Below, piece after piece: positions 1 to 6,393 of a stretch of DNA of 10,135 nucleotides. Numbering within the stretch: position 1 is the stretch's first letter; each line of letters opens with the position of its first letter. A model generated the notes under the pieces. The model did not search any database and was not told the DNA's origin. It was given only the letters and a program-made list of their open reading frames with translations. The translations under genes were made by a program, and so were the position numbers. The stretch comes from Erysipelotrichaceae bacterium (GTDB lineage Bacteria; Bacillota_I; Bacilli_A; Erysipelotrichales; Coprobacillaceae): positions 1-10,135 of the forward strand of contig JAQVDW010000042.1 in assembly GCA_028698185.1 (NCBI GenBank), read 5' to 3'.

Positions 1-125
1 ACAGTCAATCGCCGATGATAAAATCTGATTTTGGCCCCGGGGATAACCGGCCAATTTGAAAGTTGCTCTAGCGGTCAAATCATTTGAACGAAACTCCAGA
101 AAATCAAGCTGTTGTCACTGGAGGA

Positions 126-154
126 TGGACATGGTGGCCCGGGTGTGTTAGAAT
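126..154 (+). promoter_or_regulatory. candidate sigma-A type promoter upstream of the YczE-like gene
   Basis: -35 TGGACA (126-131), 17-nt spacer, extended -10 TGtTAGAAT (146-154), about 40 nt upstream of ATG 197. Motif match only. Confidence 0.45.
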
Positions 155-196
155 TTGGGAAACTTCAGCAATCATGGCTGTGGGGAGGAGGGGGAA

Positions 197-853
197 ATGG
201 TTATGTGTTTGTACATGTTGCGGCTGGTCCGTCTGGTTTTTGGTTTGTTTCTGTTTGCTTTGGGTTCATTTCTGACCATCCAGGCGAATCTTGGTCTGGC
301 ACCTTGGGAGGCGTTTTCAATGGGGGGCTCTTATCTGACGGGCTTGTCATATGGCGATGTCGTGGTGGCCACCGGGCTGATCATTATCGCGGTCGACTTT
401 TTCCTGAAAGAAAAAATCGGCATCGGGACGATCCTCAATGCCATTTTGATCGGGAAATTCGTCGATCTGATCCAATTCAGCTCCCTGATTCCGAAAATGA
501 ACGGTTTCTATGCCGGGATTGCAATGCTGTTGGTGGGGCAGATAGTCGTCTGTCTAGGCAGTTATTTCTACATCGGGGCGGCGCTGGGGTGTGGTCCCCG
601 GGATGCCTTGATGATCGCGTTGGCCAAACGGCTGCCAAATGTTCCAATCGGTGCGATTCGCGGTCTTATCGAAGGGACTGTCCTGGTTGTGGGTTGGCTC
701 CTAGGCGCCAAGGTTGGCATTGGTACAATTATCGCGGTTATTTCTATCGGTTTTATCCTGCAAATGACATTCAGGCTGCTTGGCTTCGATGTCAAAAGCA
801 TCGAGCATGAAAGTCTCAAAGACACAATCACCACTGCTCCAGCCAAAATTTGA
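197..853 (+). CDS. YczE/DUF6198-like integral membrane protein (YitT superfamily)
   Basis: Lies in ORF 155..853. A GGAGGAGGGGG run (185-194) sits just upstream of ATG 197; alternative starts are 155, 203 and 215. The protein has multiple hydrophobic segments. The LGLAPWEAF and GCGPRDALMIAL motifs resemble YczE-type proteins (recalled, not searched). TGA stop is followed by a hairpin terminator. Confidence 0.8.
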   Translation: MVMCLYMLRLVRLVFGLFLFALGSFLTIQANLGLAPWEAFSMGGSYLTGLSYGDVVVATGLIIIAVDFFLKEKIGIGTILNAILIGKFVDLIQFSSLIPKMNGFYAGIAMLLVGQIVVCLGSYFYIGAALGCGPRDALMIALAKRLPNVPIGAIRGLIEGTVLVVGWLLGAKVGIGTIIAVISIGFILQMTFRLLGFDVKSIEHESLKDTITTAPAKI

Positions 854-862
854 ATGATAATT

Positions 863-892
863 AAAAGCGGCCCTTGATATGGGGCTGCTTTT
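863..892. terminator. bidirectional rho-independent terminator between convergent genes
   Basis: AAAAGCGGCCC (863-873) pairs with GGGCTGCTTTT (882-892): 11 bp with one G-U, 8-nt loop. The A-run on the left and T-run on the right give a U-tract on either strand. It sits between stop 853 (+) and stop 912 (-). Confidence 0.7.
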
Positions 893-911
893 AAGTTATT
901 GATGGGTCGCT

Positions 912-1538
912 TTAGTGCCTAGAAGAGGTTATGACTTCTCGAAGCTTGGCCAGGTTTTTGATTTTGATGGTTCCGTAGCTTTGGATGATAAGATCATCAT
1001 TCGTGAAATCGTTGAGAACCTTGGATACGGTGACCCGGTTCATTCCGACAATGGTGGCAATCTCCTCGTGGCTGTAGTTGGATATTGCATTGCGATGCTG
1101 TTTTTCCTGAAGGAAGGCGGCAACTTTCTGGAAGCGGTCATAGAAACGTTCTTTCTTAATCAGGTTGGTCAAGTGGTCGCAGGAACTGGAGATGAGCTGG
1201 ATGAAGGCAATCGCCAGCTGTGGCGATTCCTGGAAATAAGGATAAAACCGCTCCAAAGGGCAATGGATCAGTCTGGTGTCGCCAATAGCGGCGACATTGA
1301 CGGGCCGGGTGGAATCGGTGATCATCGACGAGGTCCCAAAAACACTTCCGGCTTCAAGAATTTCAATGGTGACTTCAAGACCATCCTGGGATAGGAGATA
1401 GACCCGGACTTTTCCTTCGACTACCAGGTAGATCCCATGGCTGATATCCTCTTCAAGATAGATGTCCTGTTTGTCATGGCAGTTTTCGATTGTGCCACAC
1501 TGATAAAAATACTTGTATAATGATTGATCCAATTTCAT
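912..1538 (-). CDS. Crp/Fnr-family transcriptional regulator (208 aa)
   Basis: Lies in ORF 912..1745, with the start trimmed to ATG at 1538 (MKLDQSLYKY...), preceded by AAAGGAG. The N-terminal part has a cNMP-binding beta-roll-like pattern (GIYLVVEGKVRVYLLSQDGLEVTIEILEAGSVFG). The C-terminal HTH is EEIATIVGMNRVTVSKVLNDF. The upstream 69 codons of the ORF track are hydrophobic junk overlapping the divergent gene. Confidence 0.9.
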   Translation of the reverse strand: MKLDQSLYKYFYQCGTIENCHDKQDIYLEEDISHGIYLVVEGKVRVYLLSQDGLEVTIEILEAGSVFGTSSMITDSTRPVNVAAIGDTRLIHCPLERFYPYFQESPQLAIAFIQLISSSCDHLTNLIKKERFYDRFQKVAAFLQEKQHRNAISNYSHEEIATIVGMNRVTVSKVLNDFTNDDLIIQSYGTIKIKNLAKLREVITSSRH

Positions 1539-1556
1539 AAACCGACTCCTTTTTTG

Positions 1557-1582
1557 ATAATTGTAGCATAGATTACAGTTAT
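1557..1582. promoter_or_regulatory. candidate operator: 26-bp imperfect palindrome with a Crp-like core TGTAG-N6-TTACA
   Basis: ATAAtTGTAgcatagatTACAgTTAT has 9-nt arms with 8 of 9 complementary positions. The core is at 1562-1577 and the centre at 1569.5. It lies in the 88-bp divergent intergenic region between the Crp/Fnr gene and the YitT-like gene. Confidence 0.4.
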
Positions 1583-1587
1583 GGAAA
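1560..1587 (-). promoter_or_regulatory. candidate promoter of the Crp/Fnr gene
   Basis: On the minus strand: -35 TTTCCA (1582-1587), 16-nt spacer, extended -10 TGcTACAAT (1560-1568). This predicts a leader of about 15 nt to ATG 1538. The promoter overlaps the palindrome. Confidence 0.4.
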
Positions 1588-1595
1588 CGCCAAAC

Positions 1596-1604
1596 TGTTA
1601 AATT
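1596..1604 (+). promoter_or_regulatory. candidate extended -10 element for the YitT-like/SDR operon
   Basis: TGtTAAATT at 1596-1604 with no recognisable -35 (cagtta). The predicted TSS of about 1611 is very close to the RBS GGAGG (1613-1617). Confidence 0.3.
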
Positions 1605-1626
1605 TGTGGTGTGGAGGATGAAGAAT

Positions 1627-2352
1627 ATGAAAAAGACAATGAAAATCCTATTGGGAAATCTGATCATGGCGGTGGCGGTAAACAAGTTCATCGTCGCCAA
1701 TGAAATCCTGACTGGCGGAGTCACCGGGGTGGCTCTGGTTGTCAACCATTATCTTGGCTTGCCGGTCACTGTGGTAGTCACAATTGTGAACCTGGCGATA
1801 TTCGCCTGGGGTTGGCTGGTGTTGGGCAAAAGCGTGGCCCGGAACACAATTCTGTCTGTTATCGCTTTCCCGGCACTTATGGAACTCTTGAACGGGATTC
1901 CAGGACTGGATGTTCCAGCGATGAGCCCCTTGGAAGAGGGAATCATCGGTGGGGTCTTGTTGGCAATCGGACTGGCATTGATTCTTAAAGTCGATGCCTC
2001 GACTGGTGGCGGGGACCTGGTCGCTTTGATCATCAACAGGTCAACCGGGATTTCCCTGGCGCTGCTTGTCAACGCTCTTGATGCCATCATTCTGGCGGCC
2101 CAAGTGACGTTCCGGCCAGTTTCAAGTATCGTCTCCGGTCTGGTTTTGCTTGGGGTGATGACTGTCGTTTTGAACTTCCTGCTCGCTTCCAATAAGCTGG
2201 AAGCGCCAAATGCCCGGTTGAACAATCCAAGCTCAACCAAAGACTATGATACGGGAAACGTGTTTACTATGCCACTTCAAGGGTATATACTTATCGTAAG
2301 GAAACAGTTTATGAAATTGTATTTAAAGAATCACCGAAAATGGAAGCAATGA
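1627..2352 (+). CDS. YitT-family membrane protein, short form lacking a recognisable DUF2179 C-terminal domain
   Basis: Lies in ORF 1606..2352. GGAGG at 1613-1617 is 9 nt upstream of ATG 1627 (MKKTMKILLGN...). It carries YitT-type motifs TGGVTGVALVV and ASTGGGDLVALII with 5-6 hydrophobic segments. The last 50 aa or so are hydrophilic and basic. Confidence 0.8.
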   Translation: MKKTMKILLGNLIMAVAVNKFIVANEILTGGVTGVALVVNHYLGLPVTVVVTIVNLAIFAWGWLVLGKSVARNTILSVIAFPALMELLNGIPGLDVPAMSPLEEGIIGGVLLAIGLALILKVDASTGGGDLVALIINRSTGISLALLVNALDAIILAAQVTFRPVSSIVSGLVLLGVMTVVLNFLLASNKLEAPNARLNNPSSTKDYDTGNVFTMPLQGYILIVRKQFMKLYLKNHRKWKQ

Positions 2353-2383
2353 TTATTTTGGCACTCGCAAAAGGAGGTCGGGA

Positions 2384-3256
2384 ATGAAAATGGAAAATAT
2401 GACTGAAATGGCTGACTTCGACAAGTCGAAAGGAATTGTGGTGGTCACCGGATGTGATTCGGGCATCGGCAAAAGCCTGGTTGAACAGCTCCAACGCCAG
2501 GGGCGCCAACTTGTAGTCACCTACCTGGAAGAAAATCATTTTGCCACCATGAAAAATGTCCAGGCGATCAGACTGGATCTGACCGATGATCAGGAAACGC
2601 AAAGATTTGAAGACTATCTGCGCCAGCTGATCGGGGATGGTTATCAGGTGGACACAGTAATCACCAATTCCGGTGTCGCTTTGGGCGGCCCGATTGAGGA
2701 TATTCCGATGGATCTGTACTACAAAACTTTTTCAATCAACTTTTTCGGGGCCATCAGGGTAATCAAGGCAGTTTTGCCATCGATAATATCCACCCAGGGA
2801 ACGGTGCTGGTCAACGGTTCGATGGCCGGCAAGGTCGCCATGCCGTTTTTGTCACCTTATGCTTCAAGCAAATTCGCTTTGGAGGGCTTCTGTGATTCCT
2901 TGCGGCGGGAAATGAACCCGTTTGGGGTCAAGACAATCCTGCTCGAACCGGCTGCGGTGGCGACACCAATCTGGAACAAGGCCTTGAAACAGGACATCTC
3001 TTACGTCCAGGAAAAATACATGGCCAGCCTGCAAAGTTTCAAGAAAAACTTCATCGAAGGTGGCAACAGCGGCATGGATGTCGATCTGGCGGCACAGGAA
3101 ATCATAGCGATCATGGCCAAGAAAAAACCGCAGGACCGTTATATAATCGCCTCGAACAAGCTGACTTCGAAGCTGACCACTTTTGTTCCCCAAAGCTATA
3201 TCGACAAAGTCGTTGTTAAGATGTTTGACATGTATTATGGGAAAAACAAAAAGTGA
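2384..3256 (+). CDS. short-chain dehydrogenase/reductase (classical SDR) family oxidoreductase
   Basis: AAGGAGG (2371-2377) sits upstream of ATG 2384. Motifs present: cofactor motif TGCDSGIGKS (TGxxxGxG), NSGVA (NNAG-like), and catalytic S...YASSK (YxxxK). There is no terminator between this gene and the upstream YitT-like gene. Confidence 0.9.
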   Translation: MKMENMTEMADFDKSKGIVVVTGCDSGIGKSLVEQLQRQGRQLVVTYLEENHFATMKNVQAIRLDLTDDQETQRFEDYLRQLIGDGYQVDTVITNSGVALGGPIEDIPMDLYYKTFSINFFGAIRVIKAVLPSIISTQGTVLVNGSMAGKVAMPFLSPYASSKFALEGFCDSLRREMNPFGVKTILLEPAAVATPIWNKALKQDISYVQEKYMASLQSFKKNFIEGGNSGMDVDLAAQEIIAIMAKKKPQDRYIIASNKLTSKLTTFVPQSYIDKVVVKMFDMYYGKNKK

Positions 3257-3290
3257 TTGAAGCGACAAAAATATCCATAATCATTGGAAG

Positions 3291-3631
3291 ATGAAAGAAG
3301 GTTACTCTGATGCGACTCAAATACATGTATTATCGGATCCGGCAGATTGTCCTGAGTTGTGCATGATTGTGATCCATCCCCGGGATCCCCGAATTATCCA
3401 TGGTCCTCACGGCATTTATCAACTGCCCCAACTGCTTGGAAAAAGAAACTGGTGCCCATCGAGTTGGTCACCACTGCCGGTTTTGTGACCCGGGGCACAC
3501 TTGATTTGTTTCTTGAAAAACTGGCTCAAAAAAACATACATGTGAGTGTTTTCGCGAAGTTTAATCCCGATTCCACGATTTCAGTCGCCCAGGAGGCCGT
3601 CCGGCTTTATGTCAATTCTAGAGGGGGTTGA
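3291..3631 (+). pseudogene. remnant of an iron-containing (group III) alcohol dehydrogenase, N-terminal ~90 aa only, frameshifted
   Basis: Frame 0 reads ...DPRIIHGPHGIYQLPQLLGK. Frame 2 continues KKLVPIELVTTAGFVTRGTLDLFLEKLAQKNIHVSVFAKFNPDSTISVAQEAVRLYVNSRGG*. Together these match the N-terminal layout of FucO/DhaT-type Fe-ADHs (...KK.LIVTD...G..V.VF..V.PNPT...V.EG...). The frames join if one A is restored in the A5 run at 3440-3444. The reading frame ends about 290 aa short of a full-length enzyme, before the GGGS motif. The real start may be ATG 3363. Confidence 0.6.
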
Positions 3632-3735
3632 CAGCTATATAGATAAAACCAAGGTAGGATAAGGTTTTCCAGTTAATTAAGGCTATAAATAACTAACTGG
3701 TTTTGACACTACCTCAGGTCAAAGGAGATGACAGT

Positions 3736-4104
3736 ATGAAAAAAGCGGCTTTTAGTGTCTTGGTTGATGGAATATTGTTGGAATTCATCGGAACTTCATT
3801 GGTTTTCTTGCCGGCATTGTTTTTGAAAACTTTGGGTTTCACGGTATGTGATGATCTCATCGTGCCCCGGGTCTTGGGGCTGCTTGTCGCGATTTTGGGA
3901 GCCTACTATATGGTCATCGCCATTGCCAATGTGCGAGTAATGATTGTCTTTACTGTGGTCGGCCGGCTGGCCTTCTTTTTGGGCAGTGTCGTCTTCTTCC
4001 TGGCCAACTGGACCGGTCCCAATATTTTTTTGATTTCAATGATTGACCTTATTGGTTCTATCTGGACCCTGATTGCCCTGAAAAGCGACGCCAAAGTCCA
4101 GTAG
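3736..4104 (+). CDS. hypothetical small integral membrane protein (122 aa, ~4 TM)
   Basis: Lies in ORF 3703..4104. AAAGGAG (3720-3726) is 9 nt upstream of ATG 3736 (MKKAAFSVLV...). The protein has four hydrophobic segments. TAG stop is followed by a strong terminator. No family recognised. Confidence 0.65.
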   Translation: MKKAAFSVLVDGILLEFIGTSLVFLPALFLKTLGFTVCDDLIVPRVLGLLVAILGAYYMVIAIANVRVMIVFTVVGRLAFFLGSVVFFLANWTGPNIFLISMIDLIGSIWTLIALKSDAKVQ

Positions 4105-4130
4105 CCCCGTGTCTTTTCGTATAAATTTAT

Positions 4131-4158
4131 AAAAGCCAAATCCTGGGATTTGGCTTTT
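4131..4158. terminator. bidirectional rho-independent terminator
   Basis: AAAAGCCAAATCC (4131-4143) pairs with GGATTTGGCTTTT (4146-4158) in a near-perfect stem. A/T runs on both sides. It sits between convergent genes ending at 4104 (+) and 4249 (-). Confidence 0.75.
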
Positions 4159-4248
4159 ATACTTGCGCTATTTTTGATTGTTTGATCCAAAACCACAACC
4201 CTATTGGGCCTGTGTTTGCTTAGTGATTCGGGAAAACCAGTTTTGTTT

Positions 4249-4764
4249 TTATCTTCTGTTTTGATGCTGGCTCAATCTGTTGTAGACGGCAATTGTGAAC
4301 AGGACATCGTTGATGGCCCAGTGATGGTCGCCTTCAAGGTCGAAGTAGTCGGCCAGATCAGTAAGCCGGTGGTGGGAAAGCTGCGGCAGGCAGGCCCGAG
4401 CCAGGGGAAGGGTGTCGATATGGTCGTTGTCAATGTCACAAACATGGGCGCGAAGAAAATTGATGTCGAAGGTCACGTTGTGACCTAGAATGACGCGGCC
4501 ACTTATAAGTTCCCGGACCTTGGTCCTGATCGACTCATCGAGAATCGGGGCGTCTTTGAGCATTTCATTGGTGATTCCGGTAATTTTGGTGATCATTGGC
4601 GGCAGCTTGGCTTGGGGGTTTAGCAAGGTTGTGTATGTCTCAACAACCTCATCATATTCGACGACGACGATCGCAATCTAGATGATGCTGTCAAATTTGC
4701 AGCGCAAACCGGTTGTCTCCAAGTCGATGCAGACATAGGAGCTAATGAATTCTTTTTTTAACAT
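4249..4764 (-). pseudogene. DEDDh (DnaQ/PolIII-epsilon-like) 3'-5' exonuclease interrupted by an in-frame TAG
   Basis: Minus-strand reading from ATG 4764 (GAGG RBS upstream) gives MLKKEFISSYVCIDLETTGLRCKFDSII*IAIVVVEYDEVVETYTTLLNPQ..., then continues into track ORF 4249..4626. ExoI is DLETTG, ExoII is GHNVTFDINFL and ExoIII is HHWAINDV. The stop at codon 29 is plus-strand cta at 4678-4680. Confidence 0.8.
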
Positions 4765-4855
4765 GATAGGACCTCGATTCGTAATTTTGTTTTTTTTTCA
4801 TTATTGCTTCGTTTGGCAGTGTATTAAAATGCCTCGTTCGATTGAATTATACTTC

Positions 4856-4884
4856 AATTCTGGCTGGTTGAAAACAGCTATTTG
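4856..4884 (-). promoter_or_regulatory. candidate promoter of the exonuclease gene
   Basis: On the minus strand: -35 TTTTCA (4879-4884), 17-nt spacer, -10 TATAAT (4856-4861). The -10 lies inside a 6-bp inverted repeat, ATTGAA-N6-TTCAAT (4851-4868). Motif match only. Confidence 0.3.
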
Positions 4885-4929
4885 AAAATCGCAGCGACTG
4901 TTAGATGCAAATGTTCAAACGTAACCATA

Positions 4930-4937
4930 AAAAAACC
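4930..4937. repeat. target-site duplication (left copy) of the ISL3-family element
   Basis: AAAAAACC lies directly outside the left inverted repeat. An identical 8-mer is at 6418-6425 directly outside the right end. 8 bp is the duplication size typical of the ISL3 family. Confidence 0.7.
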
Positions 4938-4961
4938 GGCTCTTGATTAGTTTGTGTGGTA
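4938..4961. repeat. IS left terminal inverted repeat
   Basis: The sequence is GGCTCTTGATTAGTTTGTGTGGTA. The inner 13 nt, AGTTTGTGTGGTA, are identical to the reverse complement of 6394-6406. Confidence 0.8.
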
Positions 4962-5071
4962 GCTAAAATGCTTCAAACCCTTATTATTACTAGGTTTTGG
5001 TATTGAAAAAGCATACATTTTTCTGTAAGATTTTTTTGCTAAAGAAAAATCTAAAATACAGAGGTAAATGT

Positions 5072-6360
5072 ATGCTCAATAAAAGAATAATCAAGAATCT
5101 ACTCAATGTCAAGCACACAATAATTGATGCCGTGGAAATGACGGCCGATAACTCCCTTTTAGTACATGTTCACCCATCAAAGGGACACCAATGTCGTTGT
5201 GGAATCTGCGGTAAGAAATCCAAGTTTTATGATAACGGTCGGGGTCACCGTCAGTGGCGCTCTTGCGATTTCAATAGCACCATGGTTTATCTCGAAGCCG
5301 ATGCTCCACGGGTAAAATGCAAAGACCATGGCGTAGTGACTGCAAGTGTGCCTTGGGCAAGACATAAGTCCCGCTTCACCTATGATTTTGAACAGCTGGT
5401 TGCCTGGTTATCTTTGAATTGTTCAAAGAAAGCTGTTTCTCAGCTACTTCGTATTTCGTGGAACACCATTGGACCGATTATTATCCGGATCAAGGCATCA
5501 CTTGATCCCAATCCAAACTCTCGATTCGATGGGCTTAAAAGAATCGGGATTGATGAAACCAGTTATCGCAAGGGCCATAAATATATGACTGTGGTAGTTA
5601 ACCATGATACCGGTAAAGTTATATGGGTGGCTAAAGGTCACGGTAAATCGGTATTAACCAAGTTCTTTGAGTTGTTGACCAAGGAACAACGTAAAAGCAT
5701 AGAACATGTCACCGCCGACGGTGCACGTTGGATTGCTCTTTGCGTCGAAGAGTACTGTCCTACAGCAGTCCGGTGCATTGACCCTTTTCACGTTGTGCAA
5801 TGGGCAATGGATGCCGTTGATTAGTTCGGCGCGAGGCATGGCAAAAAGCCCGTAAACAAGCGAGAAATCAGGAAAAACGATCGCCTGGTCGGCCACGAAA
5901 AGATGCTCCGCCAAAGGATTAGGCAGCCTCAAAAATCAAGGGTTCCAGATACGCTCTAGGTAAAGCGCCTGAAAATCTGACAGATAACCAAAAAGCCAAG
6001 ATAGAGATGATTGCCAAGTCCGATAATCGTCTTTATCGATCATATCTACTCAAAGAAAAGATCCGACTAATATTTCAGATGGATGAAGTCGTAGGACGCG
6101 AGGAACTTGATGCATGGATCAAGTGGGCCCAACACTGTCGTATTCCTGAATTCGTGGAGCTTCAGCGTAAGATTCGACGCCATTACGATGCGATTATTGA
6201 AACCCTTAGAAGTGGGCTATCAAACGCAAGGATTGAAGCTGTAAACAACAAGATCAAGCTATCCATCCGGATGGCATATGGTTTTAGAAACATGGACAAC
6301 ATGATTGACATGATTATGCTTAGATGTTCTGATATTAAAGTCCAATTACCTTGGCAGTGA
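5072..6360 (+). pseudogene. ISL3-family transposase with one frameshift and one in-frame stop
   Basis: GAGGT (5061-5065) sits upstream of ATG 5072. Frame A runs to TAG 5822-5824 (...DPFHVVQWAMDAVD*). The protein continues in the -1 frame from 5821 (LVRREAWQKARKQARNQEKRSPGRPRKDAPPKD). It then hits TAG at 5920-5922 and resumes in the same frame through track ORF 6007..6360 (AASKIKGSRYALGKAPENLTDNQKAKIEMIAKSDNRLYRSYLLKEK...). The reconstructed length of about 429 aa is normal for ISL3 transposases. Confidence 0.85.
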
Positions 6361-6393
6361 TGTTGATGTCAATCGATACTTAGTTGGATTATT

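Noticed and set aside
1-57. A possible 3' end of an upstream + strand gene (...QSIADDKI*, stop 26-28) and the weak hairpin TTGGCC-N12-GGCCAA (31-54).
   Set aside because: Only 8 codons are visible, and the hairpin is short (6 bp, large loop) with a poor T-tract. That is too little evidence to annotate.
112-846. Track ORFs 84..275, 112..810 (+) and 568..846 (-) overlapping the YczE-like gene.
   Set aside because: They are alternative-frame or antisense ORFs inside a GC-rich membrane-protein gene. Their translations are Gly/Arg/Trp-rich with no recognisable domain or RBS. They are the typical shadow ORFs of ~50% GC coding DNA.
1539-1745. N-terminal extensions in the ORF track: Crp/Fnr to 1745, yjdM to 6954, transposase from 4997, membrane proteins from 3703 and 7119.
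   Set aside because: Internal ATGs with good Shine-Dalgarno sequences coincide with the family-typical N-termini. The extensions cross promoters or divergent genes.
915-3268. Antisense or overlapping track ORFs 915..1394 (+), 1749..2240 (-), 2309..2602 (-) and 2864..3268 (-).
   Set aside because: Each lies fully within or against a well-supported gene (Crp/Fnr, YitT-like, SDR). None has an RBS or a recognisable motif.
3379-3622. A polylinker-like cluster of restriction sites, CCCGGGATCC (SmaI/BamHI, 3379-3388) and TCTAGA (3617-3622), considered as a possible cloning scar.
   Set aside because: The sites lie in-frame within sequence that translates into conserved Fe-ADH N-terminal residues (PRDPRIIHG...). 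No other vector-like sequence is present. They are probably coincidental.
4790-4798. A T9 homopolymer (A9 on the minus strand) in the exonuclease leader, considered as a phase-variation tract.
   Set aside because: It lies between the predicted promoter and the RBS, not in the -35/-10 spacer or the coding region. Length changes would have no obvious on/off effect.
4102-5922. Two in-frame TAG codons in otherwise intact genes (exonuclease 4678-4680, transposase 5920-5922), considered as a hint of amber suppression or codon reassignment.
   Set aside because: TAG also ends the 122-aa membrane protein (4102-4104), 26 nt upstream of a strong terminator, and ends the 99-aa ORF (9660-9662). No suppressor tRNA or Pyl machinery is visible. 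Independent nonsense mutations are simpler.
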